DNA from: a virus
Lineage: Duplodnaviria; Caudoviricetes
Direction: 5' to 3' (one strand)
IMG/VR virus record: IMGVR_UViG_3300024265_000007
Coordinates: 1-51,993 of that record
DNA: 51,993 bases
Shown here: piece by piece, positions 35,402-44,902 of the stretch
How the letters are laid out: each line of letters begins with the position of its first letter
How positions within the stretch are numbered: the first letter of the stretch is position 1
The notes under the pieces: model-generated
The model's input: the letters and a program-made list of their open reading frames with translations, nothing else
Told to the model about the DNA's origin: nothing
Databases searched by the model: none
Program-made: the position numbers and the translations under genes

Positions 35402-35676
35402 TATTTCCTCTTTACCAACTCAATGGCGTTGCCGAGCCACTCAAGAGTGTTTGATGGTTTTTCTTGCGCGGTTTGTAGTAACAGAGCAATCTTTTCTGCT
35501 ACAGCACTGGGGATTTCATATTCCAAAACACTATAAAGTAATTCGCGTAATTCCACAATATAGCGCTCGGCACATTCATCGCAAGGAATACTGTCGTACC
35601 AACAATAGCCGTTCTCGTATTCCCCGTCCCCTTCGCATTTCTTACAATCAGAGTAAATTTTGTAATCGGACATCAT
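35401..35676 (-). CDS. Small DnaJ-type zinc-finger protein
   Basis: CKKCEGDG...CDEC; GGAGG RBS. Confidence 0.6.
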   Translation of the reverse strand: MMSDYKIYSDCKKCEGDGEYENGYCWYDSIPCDECAERYIVELRELLYSVLEYEIPSAVAEKIALLLQTAQEKPSNTLEWLGNAIELVKRK

Positions 35677-35875
35677 TTTCCTCCGTTTCACGTACCCAAA
35701 TATCATAAAGCTCTTTGTACATTTCTGCGATGTGACGCTCAATACAGGCAATGCAAGCTATCCACTCAAGCCCCCAGTCGGTTACACCTTCATATGTTCC
35801 CGTCCCGGCGCATAATTCACAATCATCATATATCTTAAGAGGTAATACCATTATATCATCCCCGCTATCTGCCAT
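35648..35875 (-). CDS. Small DnaJ-type zinc-finger protein (paralog)
   Basis: CELCAGTG...CIAC. Confidence 0.55.
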   Translation of the reverse strand: MADSGDDIMVLPLKIYDDCELCAGTGTYEGVTDWGLEWIACIACIERHIAEMYKELYDIWVRETEENDVRLQNLL

Positions 35876-36738
35876 TCGGCAATAGTTGCATACCGATCAA
35901 TAATCTTCTGGTAACGTGGTGGCAAATCATCAAGTTTAACCAACGTGTTTCTGTTTTCATAAGCCTGGGCCGCGAAGTAGACCACCAGCGATTGAATGTC
36001 GCGCGGCGGTTTGACAATGGTAATCGGTTTGGCCGCATGGGCTGCTGCTGTCGTGCCGTTTGCCCCGCGTTCTACTGTTAATGTGGACGGGGCGGTTCTG
36101 GCGCTAATCAGCATGATCTCATCTTCAATGCGGATGTACTGCCAGGTCTCATAAGCGGTGATGGCGGCAACCGTTACCGACGTGGTTGTCGTATTAGCAA
36201 TGGTAATTGTAGTATCGGCAGTGGCCACATAGAGTTGTGACGGATCGGTATGATAACCCCAGAAGCCATTAACCGTTATTCGTTGTGGGTTGCTTGTAAT
36301 AGTAAGGTTGATCGCATTCAACCGGACATCAATTTTCGAGTAGGGAAAATCCCGACGCGGTTGCAAAATATAATTACCAGTCTGGTCATCAAAATCAAAC
36401 TCAGTCAACGTTTCTCCGAAGAATAAAAACTCATCTAACTCTAATAAAAAGTCCTGAAAGTATAACCGCGATCCGCCCGAAACACCAATAAAGAAGCTCG
36501 ATTCGATCAAGTCTGTAGTTATCCATTCCTTCGTGTCCAGATAAGGGATGAACGTCAAACCACCGCAAAGCTGGGCCACCTCTTCGGAGATCGTTGGCAG
36601 AAACTCATCCATAAACGCGAAGTAGTCATTGAATTGCGCCTGCCCTTCGGTTGGAACAGAATCAAAAAAAGCGGCTTTCAGATGAAATACCCCGACCTGT
36701 TGCGGTGTAACTAGAATGCTCTGGGTTCGTTTGCTCAT
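35851..36738 (-). CDS. Head-tail adaptor (gp6/gp15-like) with inserted beta domain
   Basis: ITVNGFWGY...PRDIQ...AAQAYENR...LPP..QKIIDRY; insert VERGANGTTAAAH. Confidence 0.7.
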   Translation of the reverse strand: MSKRTQSILVTPQQVGVFHLKAAFFDSVPTEGQAQFNDYFAFMDEFLPTISEEVAQLCGGLTFIPYLDTKEWITTDLIESSFFIGVSGGSRLYFQDFLLELDEFLFFGETLTEFDFDDQTGNYILQPRRDFPYSKIDVRLNAINLTITSNPQRITVNGFWGYHTDPSQLYVATADTTITIANTTTTSVTVAAITAYETWQYIRIEDEIMLISARTAPSTLTVERGANGTTAAAHAAKPITIVKPPRDIQSLVVYFAAQAYENRNTLVKLDDLPPRYQKIIDRYATIAEWQIAGMI

Positions 36739-37238
36739 TATTCGCCTTCCCCCCAATACGCTTTATTCGCTGCAATCACAGCCAAGCATTCCTGGCGGCT
36801 TTCCTCAGTTGTACACAGCGCATCATCAGCCGCGCAACCAAGTAGTTCCACCGTTATCCTCGGTTGATTATTAAGCTCATACGTCGCCGTCACCGATGGT
36901 CGATACCTGCGTGTTTCGGTGCTGGTCGTGTAAGTCACTTTATGTTCAGGCACATCGAACAAATTCACCAGCCGATTTTGGAACTTTGCAAAACTGACAG
37001 CGCCAACATTGAAATTAGCGACATAGATATAAGCGTTTGAATACCATAATGGCGCTTCCTCACTGCCATGATTGAACCTATCCATATTGCCGCGTGGCGT
37101 TTTTGTGTTGCCGCGCTCACGACACTTATTGCCAACACCAACTATCTGATTAAGTTCATCAATCAAAAGCGCCCAATTATCATCGTTGATATTGGCGGTC
37201 ACTCTTGTGACTATGAAGTAGCCTAGCCACGTATCCAT
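36738..37238 (-). CDS. Hypothetical structural-region protein
   Basis: Coupled ORF. Confidence 0.55.
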   Translation of the reverse strand: MDTWLGYFIVTRVTANINDDNWALLIDELNQIVGVGNKCRERGNTKTPRGNMDRFNHGSEEAPLWYSNAYIYVANFNVGAVSFAKFQNRLVNLFDVPEHKVTYTTSTETRRYRPSVTATYELNNQPRITVELLGCAADDALCTTEESRQECLAVIAANKAYWGEGE

Positions 37239-38827
37239 TAGCGCACCCCCTGGTTATAGATTGACAATACTTCAGCGTCGGATATGTCTGCATAACCCAG
37301 CATGGCGCGTGTTCTTGCTTCATCCCATACGTCGGTAGGGGCTTCTGAAGCTGCGCCAAATGTGGCAATAGTTAGATTGCCAATCATTTGATTAGCGATT
37401 GCTTGTGGTGTGCCACTTGGAACGCCCTGGTAATATGCAGAGACATTACCGGGGTATGCCCATTTTACGAGCAGATGAAACCGACCACTCGGAGAGCCAC
37501 TTGCAATAGTTATTTGTTCGTCAACACCATTTGATCTAAATGTTGGAATTAAATCAGTGCCACTTCTGGCCAGATATATTTGATAATTTGCATCTATAGC
37601 CAGCATACAAAGGAAAGCTGTGCCCGCCGCCCATGTGTCACTCTTGCCCCACATGCTAATAAAGCCCAAATCAGGATTCCATTTACCATTAACTTCAGCA
37701 CTTAGGAACGTGCTGTAACTAGTCGCGCCATCGTCCACGACCGACAGCCCCAAAGAGCCGAAGTTGGTCGGAACGCCGACAGTCGCGGCAACGGTTGTGC
37801 CGTCCATTGGGTTCATCTTATTAACAGTTATATTTGTGATGCTCCAACTACTGCCAGAGTTGGTGTGTCCAAACACCGCAAATGTGGTTTCGTCAGATGG
37901 TATTGCATCGCTCAGAATATCATGGTGTCCATTTGCGTAATTTGCAAAACCTTTGTAAACGACAGCGCCGGAGGAATCTAGGAACGCCAGATTTGCTGAC
38001 CCCGCCGACACGTCTGCAATATCAAAACTGATTAAATATTGTGACCCGGCATCCAGTCCATCTATCGTTAATGTTTGGCTAATTTGTAAAATTGCTAAAT
38101 CGTCATATGTCGCCTTATTATTTGCGATTGACCAATTTGGTGATAGTGTCCATACACCAGGATCATTCGGAAAATTGCCCTCAGTGATTAGCTGTTGTTC
38201 TGGAAAATTGGATGATGGCAAGATGTCCAATTGCCGCATTGTCACATCGTCAAATCGTGCTTTTTCTCCCGCGCCTGTTGCTGTGGGGGCTAATCTAACA
38301 ACTGTAGGATTCGATATTGCCACGAAATCGGCTGAATCTAAAACCCAGCTTGTCGTTGCATTAACAATAGTTCCGGCGGCAACAACACCATCAGTTGTGT
38401 ATACCGTACCGTTTGTAGCGTCAACATTTTTAATCCACGCACTTAATCTGAAAGTTTTACCAATTTCAGTCGGAAAATTTTGAAACCCAAAATCAGATTG
38501 TCCCGCGCCGTTAACCGCCACCTCTAATGATTGAGAACCTGTACCGCCCGTGCGTTCATCTGCCACGCCGTCAAGCGTGCTGTCAAATGCTGTCCAAGCA
38601 GTCGGGGGGTCGCCTACTTCCATCGCACCGTCAACGGACATATCCCGCCCCAACGCCAGCGCGGTATTGTACGCTTCCAGCACGGAGCTACCCGACAAGT
38701 CTTGGTGATCCCACCTGTCGGCGTCGGGGAAATTATCAGTTAGCCACTGGGAATATGGGATTTTACCAACAGGCCCTATTCTTTGTATATGATGTCGCCC
38801 AACATTAATTCTATGACGTAGCATCAA
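37238..38827 (-). CDS. Putative head-associated protein with carbohydrate-binding-like and LamG-like modules
   Basis: GTGSQSL...GKTFRLSAWIK...RFDDVT (CBM-like); C-terminal ISDAEVLSIY (LamG-like). Confidence 0.55.
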   Translation of the reverse strand: MMLRHRINVGRHHIQRIGPVGKIPYSQWLTDNFPDADRWDHQDLSGSSVLEAYNTALALGRDMSVDGAMEVGDPPTAWTAFDSTLDGVADERTGGTGSQSLEVAVNGAGQSDFGFQNFPTEIGKTFRLSAWIKNVDATNGTVYTTDGVVAAGTIVNATTSWVLDSADFVAISNPTVVRLAPTATGAGEKARFDDVTMRQLDILPSSNFPEQQLITEGNFPNDPGVWTLSPNWSIANNKATYDDLAILQISQTLTIDGLDAGSQYLISFDIADVSAGSANLAFLDSSGAVVYKGFANYANGHHDILSDAIPSDETTFAVFGHTNSGSSWSITNITVNKMNPMDGTTVAATVGVPTNFGSLGLSVVDDGATSYSTFLSAEVNGKWNPDLGFISMWGKSDTWAAGTAFLCMLAIDANYQIYLARSGTDLIPTFRSNGVDEQITIASGSPSGRFHLLVKWAYPGNVSAYYQGVPSGTPQAIANQMIGNLTIATFGAASEAPTDVWDEARTRAMLGYADISDAEVLSIYNQGVR

Positions 38828-38830
38828 CCG

Positions 38831-39136
38831 TTATCCCTCCAAAGTTACGAACACTTCGGCATCGTCACTGCCATCACGAATAATCTCAAAGAGTGCCAGT
38901 ATGTCACTGCCAGGCAACAGAATGTCATTACCAGCAGTCAAACGATGACCGACTGATACTGTCGGGGCAGTGCCATCATAACGGATACGCACTGCATTGG
39001 TGTTGACCGTCAACCAAAGGCGGCTTGATGCGGCGACCTGAGCCGCCGAAATTCCGGTGAACTCTGCCAACGTTTTTCCTGCACTGCTGATTGTCTCCTG
39101 GTCGGAAACGATTACTTCTGGTACATTGAAATCCAT
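38831..39136 (-). CDS. Small structural-region protein
   Basis: VRIRYDGTAPT..VGH motif; AGGAG RBS. Confidence 0.6.
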   Translation of the reverse strand: MDFNVPEVIVSDQETISSAGKTLAEFTGISAAQVAASSRLWLTVNTNAVRIRYDGTAPTVSVGHRLTAGNDILLPGSDILALFEIIRDGSDDAEVFVTLEG

Positions 39137-39195
39137 GTGTCATCTCTCCTGCAAACAGGGGCGGCGATTAAACCGCCCCATAGTCCAACTCGTGA

Positions 39196-39489
39196 TTATT
39201 GTTCGTCTTCGTCATCCGTCATTCGGTGTGCAGGTGGTGGCGCATCGGGATCAGCGTCCCAAGTCACTCCATCTGTTCGCTCGATGACACCTTTTTGATG
39301 CAGCGCGGCAACTATGTCCGGTTCAATATCGCCGTCATAGATTAGTTCGTCCGGCTGCAATACATATCGCCCCACATAAACTTCTCTCGTGCCTTCCATG
39401 TGGGACACATATTCGCCAGCATACTTTGGGTTTTCCCAATCTGCATCCTGTGGCAATACGTGATCTTTAACTACTCGGTACTCAAGCAT
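39196..39489 (-). CDS. Hypothetical protein
   Basis: AGGAG RBS; followed by a hairpin at 39158-39179. Confidence 0.55.
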   Translation of the reverse strand: MLEYRVVKDHVLPQDADWENPKYAGEYVSHMEGTREVYVGRYVLQPDELIYDGDIEPDIVAALHQKGVIERTDGVTWDADPDAPPPAHRMTDDEDEQ

Positions 39490-39498
39490 TGTTGTCTC

Positions 39499-40479
39499 CT
39501 AATCCTTTAACTCGACCATGCTACCGGACAAATCTGCCCCGGTAACAGCGTTCATGTCTCCGAACACCGCCGCCTGGTCACTGTCATCCCACTTACCCGC
39601 TCCGACCTTGACACAATTTTTAAGCAAGAAGCGCTTGTTATTTGTGTCAAAACCAGCCGCAACGACAAACGCTGTCGTCATAGCTGTTGGGGCTAGATTC
39701 GTGAACCAACAGTTATCAAACATCTGGTAACGGTCAATTCCGCCATTGCCCAGCAACTCGACGAACGCGGCATTCTGATTTCCGGCATGCATCGTGAATA
39801 GGCAATTCTTGAACTTGTTCCGCGGCCCGCCGCCACTGGCTGGATAGAGTAATCCCATCATGCCGGTCGCCGCCGAAATTGTATCGACACCGATAGTACA
39901 TTCTTCAAAGAGATTCTCCGCTCCGCCGTTGAGGTAGAGGGACGCTCCACCATTGATGGCCTGTGTAGCATGGCCGCCACCGGCAAAGTGCATCCGGTAG
40001 AAGGTATTGCGGTCACCAGTGATTGACCAGTTGATTAAACTGCCCGTATCATCCACACCTTGAAAAGTGTAAATGTTGGCAAACTTATTGCCATTTCCAG
40101 ACACCGTAAACAACGGTGATAAATCCACAGCCGCCGCCGCCTGGAAGATACGCGCCCGTTGTGCAACGTAAGTTGCCGCCGCGATACCGACTAAATGCGT
40201 GTAGCTTTTAGCCCAGTCTACGGCTGCCGAAAGATTGATACTCGACGTTCCAGAACGGTAATACAACACATTATGCAGGTTGCCCGGAGTATCTGCGTAG
40301 GCAGTTGGGAACGTGATATACGCATTATCAGGTGTATGCCCGGTATTGCCGTCACTCCCATTGGTTGGATCGAGATAGGTCGGCTCACCAACGAATGCTG
40401 GATTAAGTAGAAAGTCCAGCAAGTCGGGTGCGCCTACAACAGTATCCAATGATTGGCGATTTATGTTATCAGAACTCAT
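39499..40479 (-). CDS. Right-handed beta-helix (pectin-lyase-like) protein
   Basis: YLDPTNGSDGNTG...AYITF..A; repeated N.F.NC.F motifs. Confidence 0.6.
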   Translation of the reverse strand: MSSDNINRQSLDTVVGAPDLLDFLLNPAFVGEPTYLDPTNGSDGNTGHTPDNAYITFPTAYADTPGNLHNVLYYRSGTSSINLSAAVDWAKSYTHLVGIAAATYVAQRARIFQAAAAVDLSPLFTVSGNGNKFANIYTFQGVDDTGSLINWSITGDRNTFYRMHFAGGGHATQAINGGASLYLNGGAENLFEECTIGVDTISAATGMMGLLYPASGGGPRNKFKNCLFTMHAGNQNAAFVELLGNGGIDRYQMFDNCWFTNLAPTAMTTAFVVAAGFDTNNKRFLLKNCVKVGAGKWDDSDQAAVFGDMNAVTGADLSGSMVELKD

Positions 40480-40489
40480 GAGCCACCCC

Positions 40490-40891
40490 CTACTGCTCAG
40501 TATAGCCAGGCTGTGCGCCTGCTACTACGGAAACGGTGTGGTCAAAGTTCGCTGCGTCATCAATTTGAACGCGAACAAATCGCTTCAATTGCTGGCGGTT
40601 CAAGTACAGAGTTTCGTCGCTGGCAGTTGCGCCAAGATCGGTGAAAGTGTCTGCTTCCCCAGTGCTGGGATTAAACAGGGCAGCAGCCGGAACAGCAGCA
40701 AACGTGCCGCCTGATGTCAGCGAGTGCTCTACGGTGACGGCGAGTGTATCAGAGCCACCAGCGTTTTGAGCAACGTTAAGGAAGATATTCCCAACATACT
40801 TGGAAACATCCAATTCGGCGGATGGTTCTGGATCAGTGTTCACCAGCCCCACAAACAGATTGTCTAGGTCTACTCTAAAGCTAAGAGCCAT
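40490..40891 (-). CDS. Putative capsid decoration protein
   Basis: 133 aa directly after the MCP; LKRFVRV motif. Confidence 0.55.
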   Translation of the reverse strand: MALSFRVDLDNLFVGLVNTDPEPSAELDVSKYVGNIFLNVAQNAGGSDTLAVTVEHSLTSGGTFAAVPAAALFNPSTGEADTFTDLGATASDETLYLNRQQLKRFVRVQIDDAANFDHTVSVVAGAQPGYTEQ

Positions 40892-43215
40892 TAGCGCACC
40901 CCTTTCATGAGATAGAATGCCTCGGGATAGTGGATGAGAATGTCGCTGTAGGTGTAAATGATGATCCGAGCCATTAGTTGATTGGCCAGTGTTACACGGT
41001 CAACAATGATTTCCAAAGCGTCCTGCATGACATATTCAATATAGCGCCATGCTCCGTAGTATATTTCTGATGTGTCGGAACTTGTCCCGGTTGTGTCAGT
41101 TATCGAAAGCTGGTTTGCGATGTGGACTGGATAGCCCAGTAAATCAGGATATGGTTCAACCCCGTAGTTATCACGGTACAGAGGCTCACCAGTTGTCGTT
41201 ATCAAGTTACGATAACGCCCCTGGCTGCGGGTGTGCATGATAAAAGCCTTTGGCTCAGTAGCAGGTATGTTGCTAGTACCAATGCGAACTTCGGCATCAA
41301 CAGCATCGGAGAACTTGGGAGTTCGCCCGTTTGTTGCCAGTGTCTTGATATGAGTTGTTGCTAACGTGGCATCACCCTCAAGCACAGTCTTAACGCCTTT
41401 GATTTCAGCACCGGTATTTGAACCGGTGACAGTGCCCGTGCCAACCAAGATTTCTTTGTCGATTAGAAGCGCGATACTACGAATTGCTTCTTCGCGGATA
41501 GTCTTCTCGACTGACATTGGCGATTGATTCAAAAGCTGAAACGGGATGTGTACCTTGGCCGCAATTGGGCGCAAGAATGCCGTTATGGTGTCAAACTTTC
41601 CTTCATCTTCGACAATATCCACATTAATGCCAGGCCGATACGCTGTCGGAGCGGTTGTCATTTTTGCCTGAACAACCGTAGCAACGCCTTGTGGGACATT
41701 ATTTTGCTGCACGCCAGCCTCAAATGCTACCACATTTTCTCGAAGCGGTGGCAAAATGGTTTCGCGCAATTCCTGCCCTAACAAGTCACCACCCATTGTC
41801 CCGATATACGGGTTTTGGGCCTTGCCATAGAAATCATTGAAATCTCGGCTGAGAGATGACTTGACAAAATCTGCCATTCCTGGTTTTCGTGCCTTGCCGC
41901 CTTGACTTGGAGCTTTGGCCGGATTATTACCCGTGCCATATGCCCCGGCGCGACTTCGCTTGCTTTGTGGTGTGCTGGTTGGCAAAGCGGACTTGAAGGC
42001 GGAATTCACATTCGACCTTTTCTTTTCGATACTGGCGAGGGCGCGGGTAAAGATTTCCCCTGCACTCTTCTCCAACCATGTCTCGGTGCGTCGCCGCGCT
42101 GATTTGGCGGCCTCTTCTTTGTCTTCTTCGTCAGCCGCTTTTACGGCCTCTTCGTCTTCGTCCATCGCTTTGGTTGCTTCTTTGTCTTCTTCGAGCAACT
42201 CTTCGGCAGCCTTCGTCGCCTCTTCTTCGAGTTCCTCTTCGTCAACTGCCTTACCCTCAAGCCCTTCTTCCATCATGCCTTGATCGAGCATAGACAACAG
42301 GCCAGCGACGGCTTCACGGAACACTTGCATGTCCATCTGCTTTACTCCTGATTTATTATGCGAATTTTTAGTTGCATCAATTCCAGGGGCACTACCAGTC
42401 ACGGGGGACTCTGTGGCTGCCGCAGTTAGATCAAATGCTTCAAATAATGATTTCTGATATATTCGTGCTTCTGTACCGTTCGGCTCTGCTGGCATAACCG
42501 TCAGGCTTCCCTCCACTATACCACACTGGTCAATATGTCCGTTGAGCGACACTTCCACAGTGGGAACATATGCGCCTAATGACCATTGATGCTTCACATT
42601 TTCGAGTACAGAATCAACCGCTATCACTGCCAGCGTCGCCTTCTGGGTGATAACTTCCGGCGACAAATTCAAAGACTTGCGTTTGGCAATTTCTTTTAAC
42701 ATGCGTTCGTAATCTTCGCGCTCGTATAACTTGGAGCGTACAAAGATGCCTATATCGTCTTCGTCTACAAACTCAAACACTCCGATTCCAATTGCACCGA
42801 AATCAGTTTTCCCATGTTCATACAGGGAAGGGCCACCCTTAATCGGGAATCCGGCTTCACGCATAAAATTGGTACGCTTACTAAAATGCTGGCTCTCTAT
42901 GTCCTGATCGTCAATTGTCCCATATCGCACTAAATGCCCCTCGGCATATCGAGCGCCACCCACCGACTTGATCGCTATCATTCCGCCGCGATAATGTTTC
43001 ATAGACTTGCCTGGTTGGGGAGACCATTGGTTACTGAGTCCGGTAGCCACAATTTCATCCGGCGAACCCTGCACGATCTGGCAACGGTCTGTTTTTTCGG
43101 CTGACTCGGTGAACCAGCGACAGTTGCCGCAAGTATGCTTGGGGTCGGTGCTTTCGCCGTACTCCGCTTCCTCTTGGGCGAACTTGGAAGACTTATCTTG
43201 GTTTTTTACTTTCAT
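40891..43215 (-). CDS. Polyprotein: HiPIP-like N-domain, prohead protease, acidic scaffold, HK97-fold major capsid protein
   Basis: LYEHG/WSLG/EGSLTVMPAEP protease; KA-DEE acidic repeats; IDKEILVGTG, FIMH, LLGYPV, IYYGAW, PEAF capsid motifs. Confidence 0.88.
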   Translation of the reverse strand: MKVKNQDKSSKFAQEEAEYGESTDPKHTCGNCRWFTESAEKTDRCQIVQGSPDEIVATGLSNQWSPQPGKSMKHYRGGMIAIKSVGGARYAEGHLVRYGTIDDQDIESQHFSKRTNFMREAGFPIKGGPSLYEHGKTDFGAIGIGVFEFVDEDDIGIFVRSKLYEREDYERMLKEIAKRKSLNLSPEVITQKATLAVIAVDSVLENVKHQWSLGAYVPTVEVSLNGHIDQCGIVEGSLTVMPAEPNGTEARIYQKSLFEAFDLTAAATESPVTGSAPGIDATKNSHNKSGVKQMDMQVFREAVAGLLSMLDQGMMEEGLEGKAVDEEELEEEATKAAEELLEEDKEATKAMDEDEEAVKAADEEDKEEAAKSARRRTETWLEKSAGEIFTRALASIEKKRSNVNSAFKSALPTSTPQSKRSRAGAYGTGNNPAKAPSQGGKARKPGMADFVKSSLSRDFNDFYGKAQNPYIGTMGGDLLGQELRETILPPLRENVVAFEAGVQQNNVPQGVATVVQAKMTTAPTAYRPGINVDIVEDEGKFDTITAFLRPIAAKVHIPFQLLNQSPMSVEKTIREEAIRSIALLIDKEILVGTGTVTGSNTGAEIKGVKTVLEGDATLATTHIKTLATNGRTPKFSDAVDAEVRIGTSNIPATEPKAFIMHTRSQGRYRNLITTTGEPLYRDNYGVEPYPDLLGYPVHIANQLSITDTTGTSSDTSEIYYGAWRYIEYVMQDALEIIVDRVTLANQLMARIIIYTYSDILIHYPEAFYLMKGVR

Positions 43216-43311
43216 ACTTCGCTACCTTATTCTTTTGCCGCACGGGAATACGATCTTAGACTACTTCGTTCTTGACTTAACTATAAACAGCATAGCACAT
43301 CTCATCAAAAG

Positions 43312-43320
43312 ATGCTATAA
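43312..43320 (+). promoter_or_regulatory. Extended -10 promoter for the HNH cassette (divergent from the capsid gene)
   Basis: ATGCTATAAT; inverted ATAGCA at about 43292 suggests an overlapping divergent promoter. Confidence 0.55.
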
Positions 43321-43327
43321 TAGCAAT

Positions 43328-43461
43328 GTCACGAGGATTAGAGTTCGAATCTCTTGCCGCCCGAAAAGCGGTTGCAAACGGAGCGCCTCGGCGACAAACA
43401 AAGCAAAAACCCGGTCTGCGAGACCGGGCATTCGTGAGGCGTTTCGTAGTTATTGTGTGAC
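43328..43461 (+). ncRNA. Structured multi-stem RNA with T-loop, leader of the HNH gene
   Basis: GTCAC/GTGAC closing stem; AGAG-TTCGAAT-CTCT; CCGC/GCGG; 12-bp stem 43378-43389/43436-43447; CCCGGTCT/AGACCGGG. Confidence 0.65.
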
Positions 43462-43477
43462 TTGAGGATATTCTATC

Positions 43478-44098
43478 ATGAGTGAAGATAAAAAACAATG
43501 TGTCAAATGCAATGAGTGGAAAGCCATTGATGCGTTTTATGTGCAAAGGCGTTGGTGTAAGCAATGTGTTATTGCTAAAAACACAGCCAAGAAAAAAACA
43601 TGGGCAGCACGCGCTGAAAATAAGGAACGTAGAAAAGCGTATGACCGGGATTATCGCAATCAACCAAAGAATAAAAAACAAAAACGGCTACTTGCAAAAA
43701 AGCGGGGCCCTGCACCATACGATAAGTTACAAAACATAATAAAACGACATAATTACCAGGCCAGAAAAGCTGGATTGCCATATACATTAACAACCGAACA
43801 ATGGCAACATGCTTTGAATTATTTCAATGGGTGTTGTGCTGTTTGTGAGCGTCAACTAAATGACATGTTTGGGGAGTTTACAAAAAGTGCCGATCACTGG
43901 ATACCGCTCAGTTATGAAGGTGGCGATAATCCCGGTACAGTTGCGGAGAATATCATACCGCTTTGTCATGGTGTTGATGGGTGTAATAATTCCAAAGGCG
44001 CAACTCTGCCGATGGAATGGTTACAACAAAAGTTTAGCAGATACAAATCTAAGAAGATAATAGATAAAATACAAAAATATTTCGATAGCCTGAGTTAG
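43478..44098 (+). CDS. HNH endonuclease with N-terminal zinc finger, antisense to the late operon
   Basis: CVKC...CKQC; CCAVCE...DHWIPL...NIIPLCH...CNNSK. Confidence 0.87.
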   Translation: MSEDKKQCVKCNEWKAIDAFYVQRRWCKQCVIAKNTAKKKTWAARAENKERRKAYDRDYRNQPKNKKQKRLLAKKRGPAPYDKLQNIIKRHNYQARKAGLPYTLTTEQWQHALNYFNGCCAVCERQLNDMFGEFTKSADHWIPLSYEGGDNPGTVAENIIPLCHGVDGCNNSKGATLPMEWLQQKFSRYKSKKIIDKIQKYFDSLS

Positions 44099-44155
44099 TC
44101 TATCGAAATATTAAGCGGGAATCCGGTAATATACTTAAACGGGTTGATTATTCGG

Positions 44156-44536
44156 TTATTGGCTATTCATAAAAGTACCAACGCGGCTATCAACATATGC
44201 ACGTCTCATCTTTTTGATTTTATCCATATGATACCCGGCGCTGACACTATCACTATCCAGTGGTGATAGTGATATGTACCATCGCTCATTTGAATACGAA
44301 ACGGCGCTAATACGCTTTATTGTTCCATCTGGTTCGTATTTATTGTCACTATCAACAACCATCACATGCGTCCCGTGTTCCCCTACATCATAGCCGAATT
44401 CTCTTGTAAATCGTTGCCGGACTGGGATTGACTTCCTATCAGCAATTACTCCTTCCATCCTACGCCATGCCACGTTTAGACGGGTGGCTTCTTTCTCTAA
44501 TTGTTCTAGTGTCCAGTATTTATAGTCACTCATCAT
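44156..44536 (-). CDS. Hypothetical protein
   Basis: AGGAG RBS. Confidence 0.6.
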   Translation of the reverse strand: MMSDYKYWTLEQLEKEATRLNVAWRRMEGVIADRKSIPVRQRFTREFGYDVGEHGTHVMVVDSDNKYEPDGTIKRISAVSYSNERWYISLSPLDSDSVSAGYHMDKIKKMRRAYVDSRVGTFMNSQ

Positions 44537-44647
44537 TTACGACTCCTTTGATTGTTATCAATATAAGCTGTGCAATTAGTATCCATCTCTGTACCTTTCG
44601 CTTGATGTTGGTTTAGTCTACTACGTCTATTATACACCATTATACTT

Positions 44648-44902
44648 TTACCAATCTATTGCACGTCCATCTTTTGACTTGTGATATTCAACCGATACGA
44701 CAACGCCATCTCTTTTGTACTGCTCAGTCATGAATAACAGGGAGGGGACTGAGTAGTATGGATACACATACTTGCGTTGCACAAGCATATAATCGTTAGC
44801 TATCTGCGATAGCGGCTCTTCGTTTCGCACATCATTATGGCTATCGCCATAAGCTACTACATCGCCATCAATTACAGCTACCCACTTACCTAATATCATC
44901 AT
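44648..44902 (-). CDS. Small hypothetical protein
   Basis: GKWVAVIDGDVVAYG motif. Confidence 0.55.
   Translation of the reverse strand: MMILGKWVAVIDGDVVAYGDSHNDVRNEEPLSQIANDYMLVQRKYVYPYYSVPSLLFMTEQYKRDGVVVSVEYHKSKDGRAIDW

Noticed and set aside
23950-43681. Long antisense ORFs (e.g. 23950..24612, 27966..28616, 29205..29819 on +; 43277..43681 on -)
   Set aside because: Shadows of well-supported genes on the opposite strand, with no motifs or RBS.
43328-44098. IscB/OMEGA or Cas9-like assignment
   Set aside because: The protein is 206 aa with no RuvC or PLMP motifs; only the RNA-HNH adjacency is supported.
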